From: an uncultured delta proteobacterium
Lineage (GTDB): Bacteria > Desulfobacterota > Binatia > Binatales > Binataceae
Direction of reading: 5' to 3'
DNA: 64,000 bases
Assembly: GCA_963765675.1 (NCBI GenBank)
Contig: CAVXXK010000006.1
Location: 224,001-288,000, forward strand
Shown: positions 1 to 9,623 of the stretch, piece by piece
Layout of the letters: each line of letters opens with the position of its first letter
How positions within the stretch are numbered: position 1 is the first letter of the stretch
Notes under the pieces: generated by a model
What the model saw: only the letters and a program-made list of their open reading frames with translations
Told to the model about the DNA's origin: nothing
Database searches by the model: none
Position numbers and translations under genes: made by a program

Positions 1-856
1 CCGAGGTGCGCGCCGAAACCGCGGCGTACATCGTGTTCATCGCGGCGAACACCGCGCCCACGCCCATAATGATCGCGACGATCAGGCCGAGCACGCGCAT
101 CTGGTTGGCGACGACCGATTGGTCCTTGTAGTACTGCGGCTCGGTTTCAGCTTGCAGATTGATTCGCGGGTCGTCGGCAATTCGATTGACCAGCGCCTCG
201 GAGTCGGCTCCTGGAGCCATCTTGAGCCGCACCGTCGCGTAGTAGGCGCCGCGCTGGGTGTCGTCCTGAACGTTGTGGATATCGGCCCAGACCTCGGACT
301 CGAACGAACTTCCGCCGGCGGTGAAAATTCCGACCACCTTCCATTTTCCGCGGCCGAATTCCATCGTCGAGCCAACCCTGGTGTTGGCGTAGCGCCCGGC
401 GAGCCCCTTGCCGACGATCACTTCGCCCATCGCGGGTTTGAACATCCGGCCTTCGATTATCCGCACATTCTGATGCACTTCGAGCGCGACCGGCAGCACG
501 CCGCGCACAACGATATTGTCGCTCGGTCCTTTTTCGCGCTGCATCAGCACCTGCACCGGCAGCTCGGGCGAAATCATCGGATTGCCCGCGGAGTCGCGGC
601 GGATCTGCGGCAGAAATTTCATCGCGTCGAACTGATCGAGGTTGATCGATGAGTAGGTTTCGGTGGTCGCGCCCTTGCGCAGCACGATCATGTTGTCGGG
701 TTCGCCAGTATCGGCGATCATCGTCCCCAGCCCCGCGACCATCGCCATTACGACTACGAACACTGCGACCACCAGCGCGATTCCACCCGCGGTCATCCCG
801 GTCGAGACCCGGCGTACCAGCAGGCTGCGCACGTTGTATTTGAGCGGTATCGCCAT
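1..856 (-). CDS. ABC transporter permease (FtsX/MacB-like), partial; runs off the window start
   Basis: Not in the ORF track. Reading minus from ATG 856 gives MAIPLKYNVRSLLVRRVSTGMTAGGIALVVAVFVVVMAMVAGL..., a typical permease N-terminus. Start overlaps the upstream stop (TGATG). Confidence 0.85.
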   Translation of the reverse strand, partial: MAIPLKYNVRSLLVRRVSTGMTAGGIALVVAVFVVVMAMVAGLGTMIADTGEPDNMIVLRKGATTETYSSINLDQFDAMKFLPQIRRDSAGNPMISPELPVQVLMQREKGPSDNIVVRGVLPVALEVHQNVRIIEGRMFKPAMGEVIVGKGLAGRYANTRVGSTMEFGRGKWKVVGIFTAGGSSFESEVWADIHNVQDDTQRGAYYATVRLKMAPGADSEALVNRIADDPRINLQAETEPQYYKDQSVVANQMRVLGLIVAIIMGVGAVFAAMNTMYAAVSARTS

Positions 857-2001
857 CAGGCCACCATCCGCAGCGCGTCAACGATATTCTGGCGCGCGGC
901 CGCCCGCGCGGGCACCCACGCACTGAGCAGTCCAATCATCGCCGCGGCTATGAGAGTTTCGGCAAGAACCGATAGGGGCATCGTGATGTTGCCGATCGGC
1001 CCGAACGCCGGGCTGCCGACCGCGAAGATCTTGAGCACGATGAATGCGGCTCCGCATCCGATAAGTCCGCCCACAAGTCCGATGGTCACCGACTCGGAGA
1101 GCAGGAGACCGAGGATAGTGTTCGAGGGAAAACCGATCGAGCGCATCACCGCGATCTCGCCGCGCCGCTCGCGAATCGACATCGCGGCGGTATTCGCCGC
1201 GACCAGCCCGATCGTCAGGACCACGATAAATCCCAGGATCTCGGCCAGCTTAAAGAACATCCGGAAGTTGTTCATGAAGCTGCCGATGAAAGCCGCTTCC
1301 GACTCGCTGCGCGTCTGCGCCGAGGAATTGGCGAAGCCTTCATCGAGCGCCGCGATCACTTGCGGCACGTTCTCGGATTTATCGACCCGGACCCAATAGA
1401 CACCGACGACGCCTGGACGGCCCGCGGCCTCGTCAAGATAGTCGCGGCGGAAAATCAGGAAGTTCGCCGGCGCGCTGCCGCCGTGCATCACGCCCACGAC
1501 ATCGAGCGTGACGTTGAACGAATAAGCCGTGCCGCGCAGCGTGATCTGCTGGCCGACGTGCAGGTTGAAGCGTTTCATCGTGCCCGAGCCGACCAGGCAC
1601 GCGGTGCGCAAGCTCTCGAATTTTTTCCACGATTCTTTCGACACGCCCCAATCGGGCCACATCGCCTCGGCAGTGTCGGGATCGACCGCGAGGTTCGGAA
1701 ACTGATCGTTGACGTCGTGATAGATTCCGCCAAACCAGGTCTCGGGCGTGACCGTCTCGACGTGGGGAGTCGCCGCGATGCGCTGCTTGTACGCCTCGGG
1801 CATCGAAAAGGCCAGCCCCGCCTTGTTGTGGCACGCGATTCGCACCGACGACGCGCTGTCGGCAAGAATTTCGTTGGCGACACTGGGCAGGCTGACCAGC
1901 GCTGAAAAGATAAACAGCGACACCGCGATCGAGAGGACCGTCAGAATCGTGCGCCGCTTGCTGCGCAGCAGATTTTTCAGCACCAGCATGACGTACTTCA
2001 T
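856..2001 (-). CDS. ABC transporter permease (FtsX/MacB-like), copy 2
   Basis: 381 aa; N-terminal TM, periplasmic domain, C-terminal SIRERRGEIAVMRSIGF FtsX motif plus 3 TM. Confidence 0.92.
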   Translation of the reverse strand: MKYVMLVLKNLLRSKRRTILTVLSIAVSLFIFSALVSLPSVANEILADSASSVRIACHNKAGLAFSMPEAYKQRIAATPHVETVTPETWFGGIYHDVNDQFPNLAVDPDTAEAMWPDWGVSKESWKKFESLRTACLVGSGTMKRFNLHVGQQITLRGTAYSFNVTLDVVGVMHGGSAPANFLIFRRDYLDEAAGRPGVVGVYWVRVDKSENVPQVIAALDEGFANSSAQTRSESEAAFIGSFMNNFRMFFKLAEILGFIVVLTIGLVAANTAAMSIRERRGEIAVMRSIGFPSNTILGLLLSESVTIGLVGGLIGCGAAFIVLKIFAVGSPAFGPIGNITMPLSVLAETLIAAAMIGLLSAWVPARAAARQNIVDALRMVA

Positions 2002-2090
2002 CGCTCGGCGCCTGCCGCGATCACTGCGCCGCCTGCGCGAATGATGGCGGAGAACTGCCCGCGCGGGTCAGATTTGAGCGGTATCGCCAT
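1998..2090 (-). CDS. 30-aa junction mini-ORF (MAIPLKSDPRGQFSAIIRAGGAVIAAGAER), duplication remnant or translational coupler
   Basis: ATG overlaps the stop of 2090..3235; TGA overlaps the ATG of 856..2001; first 6 codons are identical to the start of the 1..856 permease. Confidence 0.45.
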   Translation of the reverse strand: MAIPLKSDPRGQFSAIIRAGGAVIAAGAER

Positions 2091-3235
2091 CAGGCCACCA
2101 TCCGCAGCGCGTCAACGATATTCTGGCGCGCCGCGGTTCGCGCCGGCACCCACGCACTCAGGAGTCCGATCAGTGCCGCGACGACCAGCGTCTCAATCAG
2201 TATCGAGAGCGGCATCTTGATTTCGCTCAGCGGTCCGAGCACCGGGCTGCCGACCGAAAAAATTTTGAGCACGATAAACGCCGCGCCGCATCCGAGGATT
2301 CCGCCGAGCAGCCCGATGATTAGGGACTCCGACAGCAGCAGGCTCAGGATCGTGCTCGAGGGAAAACCGATCGAGCGCATCACCGCGATCTCGCCGCGCC
2401 GCTCGCGAATCGACATCGCGGCGGTGTTCGCGGCCACCAGTCCGATCGTGATCACCACGATAAAACCCAGGATCTCGGCTAGCCGGAAGAACATCCGGAA
2501 GTTGTTCATGAAGCTGCCGATAAACGCCGCTTCCGACTCGCTGCGCGTCTCCGCCGAGGAGTTGGCGAAGCCTTCATCGAGCGCCGCGATCACTTGCGGC
2601 ACGTTCTCGGATTTATCGACCCGCACCCAGTAGTTATCGACGAAGCCTGGACGGCCCGCGGCCTCGTCAAGATAGTCGCGGCGGAAAATCAGGAAGTTCG
2701 CCGGCGCGCTGCCGCCGTGCATCACGCCCACGATATTGAGCGTGACGTTGAACGAATAAACCGTGCCGCGCAGCATGATCTGCTGGCCGACGTGCAGGTT
2801 GAAACGTTTCATCGTGCCCGAGCCGACCAGGCACGCGGTGCGCAAGCTCTCGAACTTTTTCCACGATTCTTTCGACACGCCCCAATCGGGCCACATCGCC
2901 TCGGCGGTGTCGGGATCGACCGCGAGGTTCGGAAACTGATCGTTGACGTCGTGATAGATTCCGCCGAACCAGCTCTCGGGCGTGACCGCTTCGACATGCG
3001 GAGTCGCGGCGATCCGCTGCTTGTAGGCCTCGGGCATCGAGTAGGCCAGCCCGGCCTTGTTGTGGCACGAGATCCTGACCGACGACGAGCTGTCCGCAAG
3101 GATTTCGTTGGCGACAGTGGGCAGGCTGACCAGCGCTGAAAAGATAAACAGCGACACCGCGATCGAGAGGACCGTCAGAATCGTGCGCCGCTTGCTGCGC
3201 AGCAGATTTTTCAGCACCAGTACGATGTACTTCAT
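2090..3235 (-). CDS. ABC transporter permease (FtsX/MacB-like), copy 1
   Basis: 381 aa, near-identical paralogue of 856..2001. Confidence 0.92.
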   Translation of the reverse strand: MKYIVLVLKNLLRSKRRTILTVLSIAVSLFIFSALVSLPTVANEILADSSSSVRISCHNKAGLAYSMPEAYKQRIAATPHVEAVTPESWFGGIYHDVNDQFPNLAVDPDTAEAMWPDWGVSKESWKKFESLRTACLVGSGTMKRFNLHVGQQIMLRGTVYSFNVTLNIVGVMHGGSAPANFLIFRRDYLDEAAGRPGFVDNYWVRVDKSENVPQVIAALDEGFANSSAETRSESEAAFIGSFMNNFRMFFRLAEILGFIVVITIGLVAANTAAMSIRERRGEIAVMRSIGFPSSTILSLLLSESLIIGLLGGILGCGAAFIVLKIFSVGSPVLGPLSEIKMPLSILIETLVVAALIGLLSAWVPARTAARQNIVDALRMVA

Positions 3236-3244
3236 CGGCAGTCC

Positions 3245-3979
3245 CTATGCGTGCGCTCCCGCCGCCTCAACTCGCGCAGGCCCGCCCTTGCCCGGCTCGA
3301 CCCCGGCCAGGATTCCCTTGTCGAGGCGGTAAACCGTATCGACGAACCGCTCGGCGCGCGGGTCGTGCGTGACCATCACGATCGTGCGATGAAACTGGCG
3401 ATTCAAATCGGTCAGCAGGTTCAGGATCTCCTCGGCCGATTTCGCGTCGAGGTCGCCGGTCGGTTCGTCGGCGACCACGATCGTCGGATCGGTGACCAGC
3501 GCGCGTGCGATCGCGACGCGCTGCTCCTGTCCGCCAGAAAGCTGACGCGGATAGTGATCCATCCGGTCCGCGAGCCCGACGATTCGCAGCGCCGTTTCCA
3601 CATGCTCGCGCCGCTCGGCCTTATTGAGCGGAGTCAGCAGCAGAGGCAGCTCGACGTTCTCGAACGCGGTCAGCACCGGAATCAGATTGTAGAACTGGAA
3701 CACGAGCCCGATGTGACGCGCGCGCCACGAGGCCAGATCTCGCTCCTTCATCCCGGTGATCTCCTCGCCCCCGACCGAGACCCGCCCCGAGGTCGCGTGA
3801 TCGATTCCCGCGATCAGGTTGAGCATCGTGGTCTTGCCCGATCCCGACGGACCCATGATCGCGACGAAGCGCCCCTCGGGCACCTGGATCGTCACGTCGT
3901 CGAGCGCGCGGACTTCAAATTCGTCACGCCGATAAATGCGGGTTACATGTTCGAGATCGATTGCGTATTTTGTATCCAT
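3245..3979 (-). CDS. ABC transporter ATP-binding protein (LolD/MacB type)
   Basis: Walker [17 protein letters not shown] signature, [13 protein letters not shown]. Confidence 0.96.
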   Translation of the reverse strand: MDTKYAIDLEHVTRIYRRDEFEVRALDDVTIQVPEGRFVAIMGPSGSGKTTMLNLIAGIDHATSGRVSVGGEEITGMKERDLASWRARHIGLVFQFYNLIPVLTAFENVELPLLLTPLNKAERREHVETALRIVGLADRMDHYPRQLSGGQEQRVAIARALVTDPTIVVADEPTGDLDAKSAEEILNLLTDLNRQFHRTIVMVTHDPRAERFVDTVYRLDKGILAGVEPGKGGPARVEAAGAHA

Positions 3980-4041
3980 CTGCGCTGCTCCCCTCGTTGT
4001 TGCCGCTGGTCAGAATCTCCGATCGATTTATTTCGTTTCGA

Positions 4042-4716
4042 TTATCTTCCCGCCGCGGCCGCCGCTGTCGGCCGATTGCGGATCCTGCGCGCGGGCGCCA
4101 TCTCACGTTTCAGTTGCGCCGCCAGCTTCGCGAAGACTTCGACTTTGGTCGTGCAGACCGCGCGTCCGAGCTCGACCACGATTTGCCGAAACGGGCTGTC
4201 GCCGCGCCGCTTCATTTCTCCGGCCAGCCAGGTGAGCATCTTCACCACCTCGGCATCCTCGCGTCCGGCGCGATCCAGATGCTCGAGCGCCGCCTGCGGA
4301 TCGTGCTCGGCGAAATAAATCTTGATCTGCGACTCGTCATAGATGAACAGCGGCTGCGCAGGCTCGCGCAGTGTCTTCAGGAACCGCGCCCGGCCGGCGG
4401 GCGTGATCGCGTAAACCTTGCGCGCGCGTCGTCCGTGCCGTTCCGAGCGCATCGTGACCAGGCCGTCGAGCGCCATGCGTTTGAGGGCAGGGTAGAGCGA
4501 ACCGTCGCTGACCCGGTAGAAGAATCCGATCGGATCCTGGAAGCGGCGCTTGAGATCGTAGCCGGTCATCTCGGATTCCATCAGAAAGCCGAGGATCGGA
4601 AATTTAACATCGATGCGCGGCGCGGGTGCGGGTTCGGCAAATGCGCGCGCCCACAATGGCAGCGGCTTAGGTGCAAGAATCGGCTGTGGCGCAGGTTTGA
4701 GGCTTCGTGATCGCAT
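4042..4716 (-). CDS. PadR family transcriptional regulator
   Basis: ILGFLMESEMTGYDLK...GSLYPALKRM...RKVYAITPAG; start uncertain (4716 or 4731). Confidence 0.9.
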   Translation of the reverse strand: MRSRSLKPAPQPILAPKPLPLWARAFAEPAPAPRIDVKFPILGFLMESEMTGYDLKRRFQDPIGFFYRVSDGSLYPALKRMALDGLVTMRSERHGRRARKVYAITPAGRARFLKTLREPAQPLFIYDESQIKIYFAEHDPQAALEHLDRAGREDAEVVKMLTWLAGEMKRRGDSPFRQIVVELGRAVCTTKVEVFAKLAAQLKREMAPARRIRNRPTAAAAAGR

Positions 4717-4728
4717 AACGTATCGACC

Positions 4729-4764
4729 CAATAGCTCGACTTGAGATAACGAGTCAAGCTATTG
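4729..4764. promoter_or_regulatory. Inverted repeat upstream of padR: putative PadR operator (or terminator of the upstream hydroxylase)
   Basis: caatagctcgacttg-agataa-cgagtcaagctattg, overlapping a minus-strand TTGACT -35-like hexamer. Confidence 0.5.
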
Positions 4765-4781
4765 CATTCGGCGCGAGGACG

Positions 4782-5285
4782 TTAGGCCCGTCGCACTGCG
4801 AATGTGAACGCGAGCCGCCAGTTGCTCTCCCCGATTAGCGGAGGAAGCGTGGCCGCTGCTCGTTCAATCCGACGGACCTCATCGGCAGCAGGTTCTGTGC
4901 CAAATGCCCGGTCCCACAGCGGCGTCGTCACCCCGAAGATCGCGTCCGGCACGCGCAGATGATGCGCGAGATGACGCCCGCGCAGCCGCGCCTCGAATCG
5001 ATTCGAGGGATGGGCGAAATGAATTCGGTAGTGAATCACCTCGTACAGAACGAACCCAGCGACGAGTCCATAAAACGCGCAGGCTCCCGCCGAATTGCCG
5101 AAAATTGCAACCGCTGCAAGCGTAACCGCGCTCACTGGGATCCACGCGCCGACAGTGAACACCGCATGAGGATCCTGATGATGCACCGCGTGCAGGGGAG
5201 TCGCGAAGGTACGAAATCGATGCCCGAGCCATCCGTGAATCGCATACTCAACGAAGGTCCAGGCGAGCACTCCGCCCGCAAACAA
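4782..5285 (-). CDS. Sterol desaturase / fatty acid hydroxylase family protein
   Basis: His boxes EYAIHGWLGH, HAVHH, YEVIHYRIH, HLAHH, FGVTTPLWD. True start may be ATG 5302 with a 1-nt loss in a T-run near 5280. Confidence 0.88.
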   Translation of the reverse strand: MFAGGVLAWTFVEYAIHGWLGHRFRTFATPLHAVHHQDPHAVFTVGAWIPVSAVTLAAVAIFGNSAGACAFYGLVAGFVLYEVIHYRIHFAHPSNRFEARLRGRHLAHHLRVPDAIFGVTTPLWDRAFGTEPAADEVRRIERAAATLPPLIGESNWRLAFTFAVRRA

Positions 5286-5528
5286 AGGACGCGCACGAGC
5301 ATGGCGTCGAGTCTATCCGCGCGCGAAAAGAGCAGCAACGCAACCGCACGACTGCATCCGAACGCAGTCAGCGTACTGCACGATCGGAAGAGTGGGCCGT
5401 CGAGATCGAGGCGCTTGACCTATACCTCAATAATGAACTATATCAGCAATGCAATGAAGACGAAGGCGCGGATCTTAGCCGTGCCTGCAAACGAACGACA
5501 AAGATCACAATCACGGAGGACGCATCCG

Positions 5529-6890
5529 ATGTGGAATTCTGACAGTCCATACCTTAACGGCAACTATGCTCCCTGGCGCGAGGAGGGCGACGCCTACGAC
5601 CTCGAAGTCGAGGGTGAAATTCCGCGCGAGCTCTCGGGCGCGCTCTACCGGATCGGTCCCAATCCGCAGTTCAAGCCGATCGGACGCTACCATTGGTTCG
5701 ACGGCGACGGGATGGTCCACGGATTTCTGCTGCGCGACGGCCGCGCTGCCTATCGCAATCGTTACGTCAAGACCGACGGACTCAAGGCCGAGATGAAGTA
5801 TGGACGCGCGCTCTACGGCGGCCTGATCGAAGGACTGACCCGCGAAGTTCCAGCCGACGTTCCGCCGATGAAGAATCAGGCCAACACCAATATTATCGGC
5901 TACGCTAACCGCCTGCTCGCGCTAATGGAGGGGGGTCTGCCGACCGAGCTCAAGCCCGAGACGCTCGAAACCGTCGGGATGTACAGCTTCGGCGGTAAGG
6001 TGAACGGTCCGGTAACGGCGCATCCGAAGTACGATCCAAAAAACGGCGACCTGCTGTTCTTCGGCTATTCGCCGTTTCCGCCGTACACGACCTGGTACCG
6101 CGCCGACAAGGGCGGCAACCTGCTTGAGACGCGCGCGATCGATTCCGGATTGCCGGTGATGATGCATGATTTCGTCACCACCGATAACTACGCGATCTTC
6201 TTCGTGTGTCCTTCCGTGTTCCGGATCGAGAACGCCTCGAAGGGGCTGCCGCTGATGGTCTGGGAGCCGCAGCATGGAACGAAAATTGGCGCGATGCATC
6301 GCAAGTCCGGCGAGATCAAATGGTTCCACACCGACGCGTTTTACGTTTTCCATTTCCTGAACGCCTATGAGGAAAACGGCTCGCTCGTGATCGACGGATG
6401 CCGTCTCGCGTCGCTCAACATGGGCGGCAATTCCTTCGGAGATCCGGCGATGCCCTGGCAGTGGACGCTCAATTTGAAAGACGGCTCGATGCGCGATCGC
6501 CAGATCGACGATACCTCGAGCGAGTTCCCGCGTCTCGACGAACGCCGCGCCGGACTGAAGCATCGCTATGGATATTTCGCCGGCGGCGTCGACAAGAAAG
6601 ATCGCGCGCTCAGTTTCAATGCCGTGATCAAGCGCGATTATCAGACCGGCAAGCATCAGCTTCAGACGCTTGGCGGCAACAAAACGCCCGGTGAGCCGGT
6701 CTTCGTCCCGCGCAGCGCAGGCTCGGCGGAGGACGACGGCTGGGTGCTCTCGGTCTGGTACGATCGAGCCGAGAACACAAGTGAGTTGGTAATTCAGAAC
6801 GCGCAGGATTTCAGCGGCGCACCAATCGCGCGCGTCAAGGCGCCTCATCGCGTCCCGTTCGGATTCCACGGCAACTGGGTGCCCGCCTGA
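5529..6890 (+). CDS. Carotenoid oxygenase / lignostilbene dioxygenase family protein
   Basis: GPNP, HWFDGDGMVH, TAHPK, MMHDF, VFHFLNAYE, EFPR, EPVFVP, PFGFHGNW; GGAGG RBS before ATG 5529. Confidence 0.95.
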   Translation: MWNSDSPYLNGNYAPWREEGDAYDLEVEGEIPRELSGALYRIGPNPQFKPIGRYHWFDGDGMVHGFLLRDGRAAYRNRYVKTDGLKAEMKYGRALYGGLIEGLTREVPADVPPMKNQANTNIIGYANRLLALMEGGLPTELKPETLETVGMYSFGGKVNGPVTAHPKYDPKNGDLLFFGYSPFPPYTTWYRADKGGNLLETRAIDSGLPVMMHDFVTTDNYAIFFVCPSVFRIENASKGLPLMVWEPQHGTKIGAMHRKSGEIKWFHTDAFYVFHFLNAYEENGSLVIDGCRLASLNMGGNSFGDPAMPWQWTLNLKDGSMRDRQIDDTSSEFPRLDERRAGLKHRYGYFAGGVDKKDRALSFNAVIKRDYQTGKHQLQTLGGNKTPGEPVFVPRSAGSAEDDGWVLSVWYDRAENTSELVIQNAQDFSGAPIARVKAPHRVPFGFHGNWVPA

Positions 6891-6894
6891 GCCA

Positions 6895-7581
6895 ATGAAG
6901 AAGCTGGCGGCCAAGCCAAAGCGGGCGGCGCGCGCCGGACTTGATTCCGGTACGGCGCGCGCCGCCGCGCCGATCGAGCGCGCGCGCGAGCGTCAAAGTG
7001 CGATCAAGTCGTCGCTCGAGTACGCGCTGTTGGGGCTGGTGTCTGAATCTCCCGGAGTGTCCGGCTACGATATCGTGAAAATCTTCGAGCTCTCGATGCG
7101 CCATTTCTGGCATGCGCACCAGGGGCAGATTTATCCCACGCTCGAGCGGATGGAAGCCGCTGGATGGATCAAGAGCCGGCAGGTGATCCAGCAAGGACGC
7201 CCCAACAAGCGCGAGTTCTCGATCACGCCGGCCGGAGAGTGCGCGCTCACGCGATGGCTGCATAGCCCGTTCGAGAAGATGAAGCTCAAGTATCCGCCAC
7301 TGTTGCGGACGCGATTCCTGGGACATCTCGGCGCAGACGCGGCCCGCGCCCAGCTTCAGGAGCATCGGCACGAGACACAGCGCTATCTGGAAGAGTTGCG
7401 CGCGATCGAGCGCGGCTTCTTCGCGCGCGTCGAGCGCTATCCGGACGTCAATGTGATGTTCTCTTTCTTCACCCTGAAGTACGGAATCGGCTGGATGGAA
7501 GAAAACCTGCGCTGGTGCGACTGGGCACTCGCCGAGCTCGACCGCAATCTCGCGCTCTTCCGCCCGCGCCACTCTCGCTAG
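6895..7581 (+). CDS. PadR family transcriptional regulator (with AphA-like C-terminal region)
   Basis: LEYALLGLV...SGYDI...FWHAHQGQIYPTLERME...GRPNKREFSITPAG. Confidence 0.92.
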   Translation: MKKLAAKPKRAARAGLDSGTARAAAPIERARERQSAIKSSLEYALLGLVSESPGVSGYDIVKIFELSMRHFWHAHQGQIYPTLERMEAAGWIKSRQVIQQGRPNKREFSITPAGECALTRWLHSPFEKMKLKYPPLLRTRFLGHLGADAARAQLQEHRHETQRYLEELRAIERGFFARVERYPDVNVMFSFFTLKYGIGWMEENLRWCDWALAELDRNLALFRPRHSR

Positions 7582-7595
7582 CGGGCCCCGATTGT

Positions 7596-7677
7596 CCCTC
7601 TCCCAACAGGATTGGGAGAGGGTGCGTGGCGCGGCGATTGCTCTTTTCAGCAATCGCCGTGACGCGCGGGTGAGGGG
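7596..7677. repeat. BoxC-like REP element (CCCTCTCCC...GGGAGAGGG...GGGTGAGGG) with internal hairpin
   Basis: ccctctccc-aacaggatt-gggagaggg plus cggcgattgct/agcaatcgccg hairpin; same family as 25571-25720. Confidence 0.8.
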
Positions 7678-7878
7678 CCTCCAGAATCGAAATCTGAAAG
7701 CGAAAGCCCGTCTACCGCAGGCCGATCCAGAAAAATCATCGATCCGGCATAAATCCGGTATAGACCTTGGCGCTGCTTTTAGTATTCTAGGGCAAACCTG
7801 AATTTCGGCCTCGTTTTATCGTCCGATATTGCAAGGGTTGCGGTTTGCGGGTTGACCATATGAATCCAGGAGGTTTGC

Positions 7879-9498
7879 ATGGCTAGGAAAATCGCCGCCA
7901 TCGCGGGCGGCGTGGTACTTGGACTGATAATCGCTTTTGCGCGTGCCGGCGCGTTTCCGTTCTGGAGTTCCGGCGACAAGGATTCATCCAAAGCGGATTC
8001 TTCGGCGCCGCAGGCTGTTTCGTCGATGAGTGCGGTTACTTCAGGGCCTCCCCTGCAAACTCCGCCTCAGACCTCTGAAAGCGCAGGCCGCGCGGGCGCG
8101 ATCGGTTCGTTTGCACCGCTGGTCAAGCGCGTGATGCCGACGGTCGTCAACGTCGCCGTCGTGCAGGACGTGAAGACTTCCGGCTTCGGCGGCCCCGGCG
8201 ACGAAGGCGGTGGCGACGAGGGCGGCGGTGGTGACGAAGGCGGCCCGGGAGCAGGACCCCCGCAGATGCCTCCTGGTATGGGCAATGGCAACGGCGATCC
8301 CTTCGAGCAGTTCCGCCGCTTCTTCGGCCAGATTCCCCGCGAGTACAAACAGCACGGACTTGGCTCCGGCGTGATCGTATCGCCCGACGGCTACATCCTG
8401 ACCAACAACCACGTGGTTGGCGGCGCCGAAGAAATTCACGTCACCCTGATGGACAAGCGCGAATTCACCGCCAAGGTGATCGGCAAAGATCCCAAGACCG
8501 ATCTCGCGCTGATCAAAATCGACACCAAGGATCCGCTTCCCGCCGCGGCGCTCGGAGATTCGGACGGCACCGAAGTCGGCGACTGGGTTATCGCGATCGG
8601 AAACCCGTTCGGCTTTTCGCTTACTGTCACCGCGGGAATCGTCAGCGCCAAGGGCCGAATCCTGGGCGGCAACTACGACGATTTCCTCCAGACCGACGCC
8701 TCGATTAATCCCGGCAATTCCGGCGGCCCGTTGTTCAACACCTCCGGCCAGGTGATCGGGATTAATACCGCCATCTACAGCCGCACCGGCGCCAACAACG
8801 GAATCGGTTTCGCAATCCCGATCGATATGGCGCGCAATGTGATGGAACAGTTGAAGGCGCACGGCCGCGTGATCCGCGGATGGCTCGGGGTTGAAATTCA
8901 GGAAGTCACCGAAGACCTCGCGCAATCCTTTGGATTGCCCAAAGCGGAAGGCGCTCTGGTCGCCAACGCCGACAAAGACGGTCCCGCCGCCAAGGCTGGA
9001 ATCGAGCGCGGCGATATCATCGTCAAGTTCAACAACAAGACGGTGCACGACGAGCACGAACTGCCTGAGCTGGTGGCCGAGACTCCTGTCAACGCGAGCG
9101 TGCCAGTCGAGGTGCTGCGCAACGGCAAGCCGATGACGCTAACCGTCAAGATCGGTGAGCTGAAGGAGCAGAAAGTCGCCAGCGCCAAGGCCGAAGAACC
9201 GGGCGGAAGCTGGGGCATGCAAGTCGGCGATATCACGCCGGAGCTCGCGCAGCAGTTCCATCTGCAGCGGGACAAGGGAGTTGTCGTCCGCCAAGTCGCG
9301 CCTGACAGCCCCGCAGCCGATGCGAGCCTGCAGCCCGGCGACGTGATCCTCGAGATCAATCGCGAGAAGGTTGCCGACGTAAAAGACTTCGTCGCCAAAG
9401 CCAAGGCGGTGAAAGCCGGCAAGAAACCCGCGCTGCTGTTGATCGCGCGCGGTGAAGCGACGCTCTACACAGTGATCAAACCCGGAGGCGGCGACTAA
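7879..9498 (+). CDS. degP: DegP/DegQ (HtrA) periplasmic serine endoprotease with two PDZ domains
   Basis: LTNNHV, TDLAL, GNPFG, TDASINPGNSGGPL, two PDZ domains; GGDE low-complexity linker. Confidence 0.93.
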   Translation: MARKIAAIAGGVVLGLIIAFARAGAFPFWSSGDKDSSKADSSAPQAVSSMSAVTSGPPLQTPPQTSESAGRAGAIGSFAPLVKRVMPTVVNVAVVQDVKTSGFGGPGDEGGGDEGGGGDEGGPGAGPPQMPPGMGNGNGDPFEQFRRFFGQIPREYKQHGLGSGVIVSPDGYILTNNHVVGGAEEIHVTLMDKREFTAKVIGKDPKTDLALIKIDTKDPLPAAALGDSDGTEVGDWVIAIGNPFGFSLTVTAGIVSAKGRILGGNYDDFLQTDASINPGNSGGPLFNTSGQVIGINTAIYSRTGANNGIGFAIPIDMARNVMEQLKAHGRVIRGWLGVEIQEVTEDLAQSFGLPKAEGALVANADKDGPAAKAGIERGDIIVKFNNKTVHDEHELPELVAETPVNASVPVEVLRNGKPMTLTVKIGELKEQKVASAKAEEPGGSWGMQVGDITPELAQQFHLQRDKGVVVRQVAPDSPAADASLQPGDVILEINREKVADVKDFVAKAKAVKAGKKPALLLIARGEATLYTVIKPGGGD

Positions 9499-9522
9499 GC
9501 GCGCATTTCCGGATTCCTCGAT

Positions 9523-9564
9523 AAGCGGCGGCGCTGCGAGTTCGCAGCGTCGCCGCTTTCTTTT
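9523..9564 (+). terminator. Rho-independent terminator after degP
   Basis: aagcggcggcgctgcg-agtt-cgcagcgtcgccgctt followed by tctttt. Confidence 0.75.
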
Positions 9565-9623
9565 GCGCCTTTCGCGACACAGCGCTTTCGCCGGACGCAT
9601 CGCGATGCTACCCATACTGTGCG

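Noticed and set aside
4959-5528. 190-aa N-terminal extension of the carotenoid oxygenase
   Set aside because: Overlaps the opposite-strand hydroxylase; a clear RBS and family N-terminus lie at 5529
8196-8250. GGDE tandem repeat in degP as a contingency locus
   Set aside because: In-frame imperfect repeat in a known variable HtrA linker
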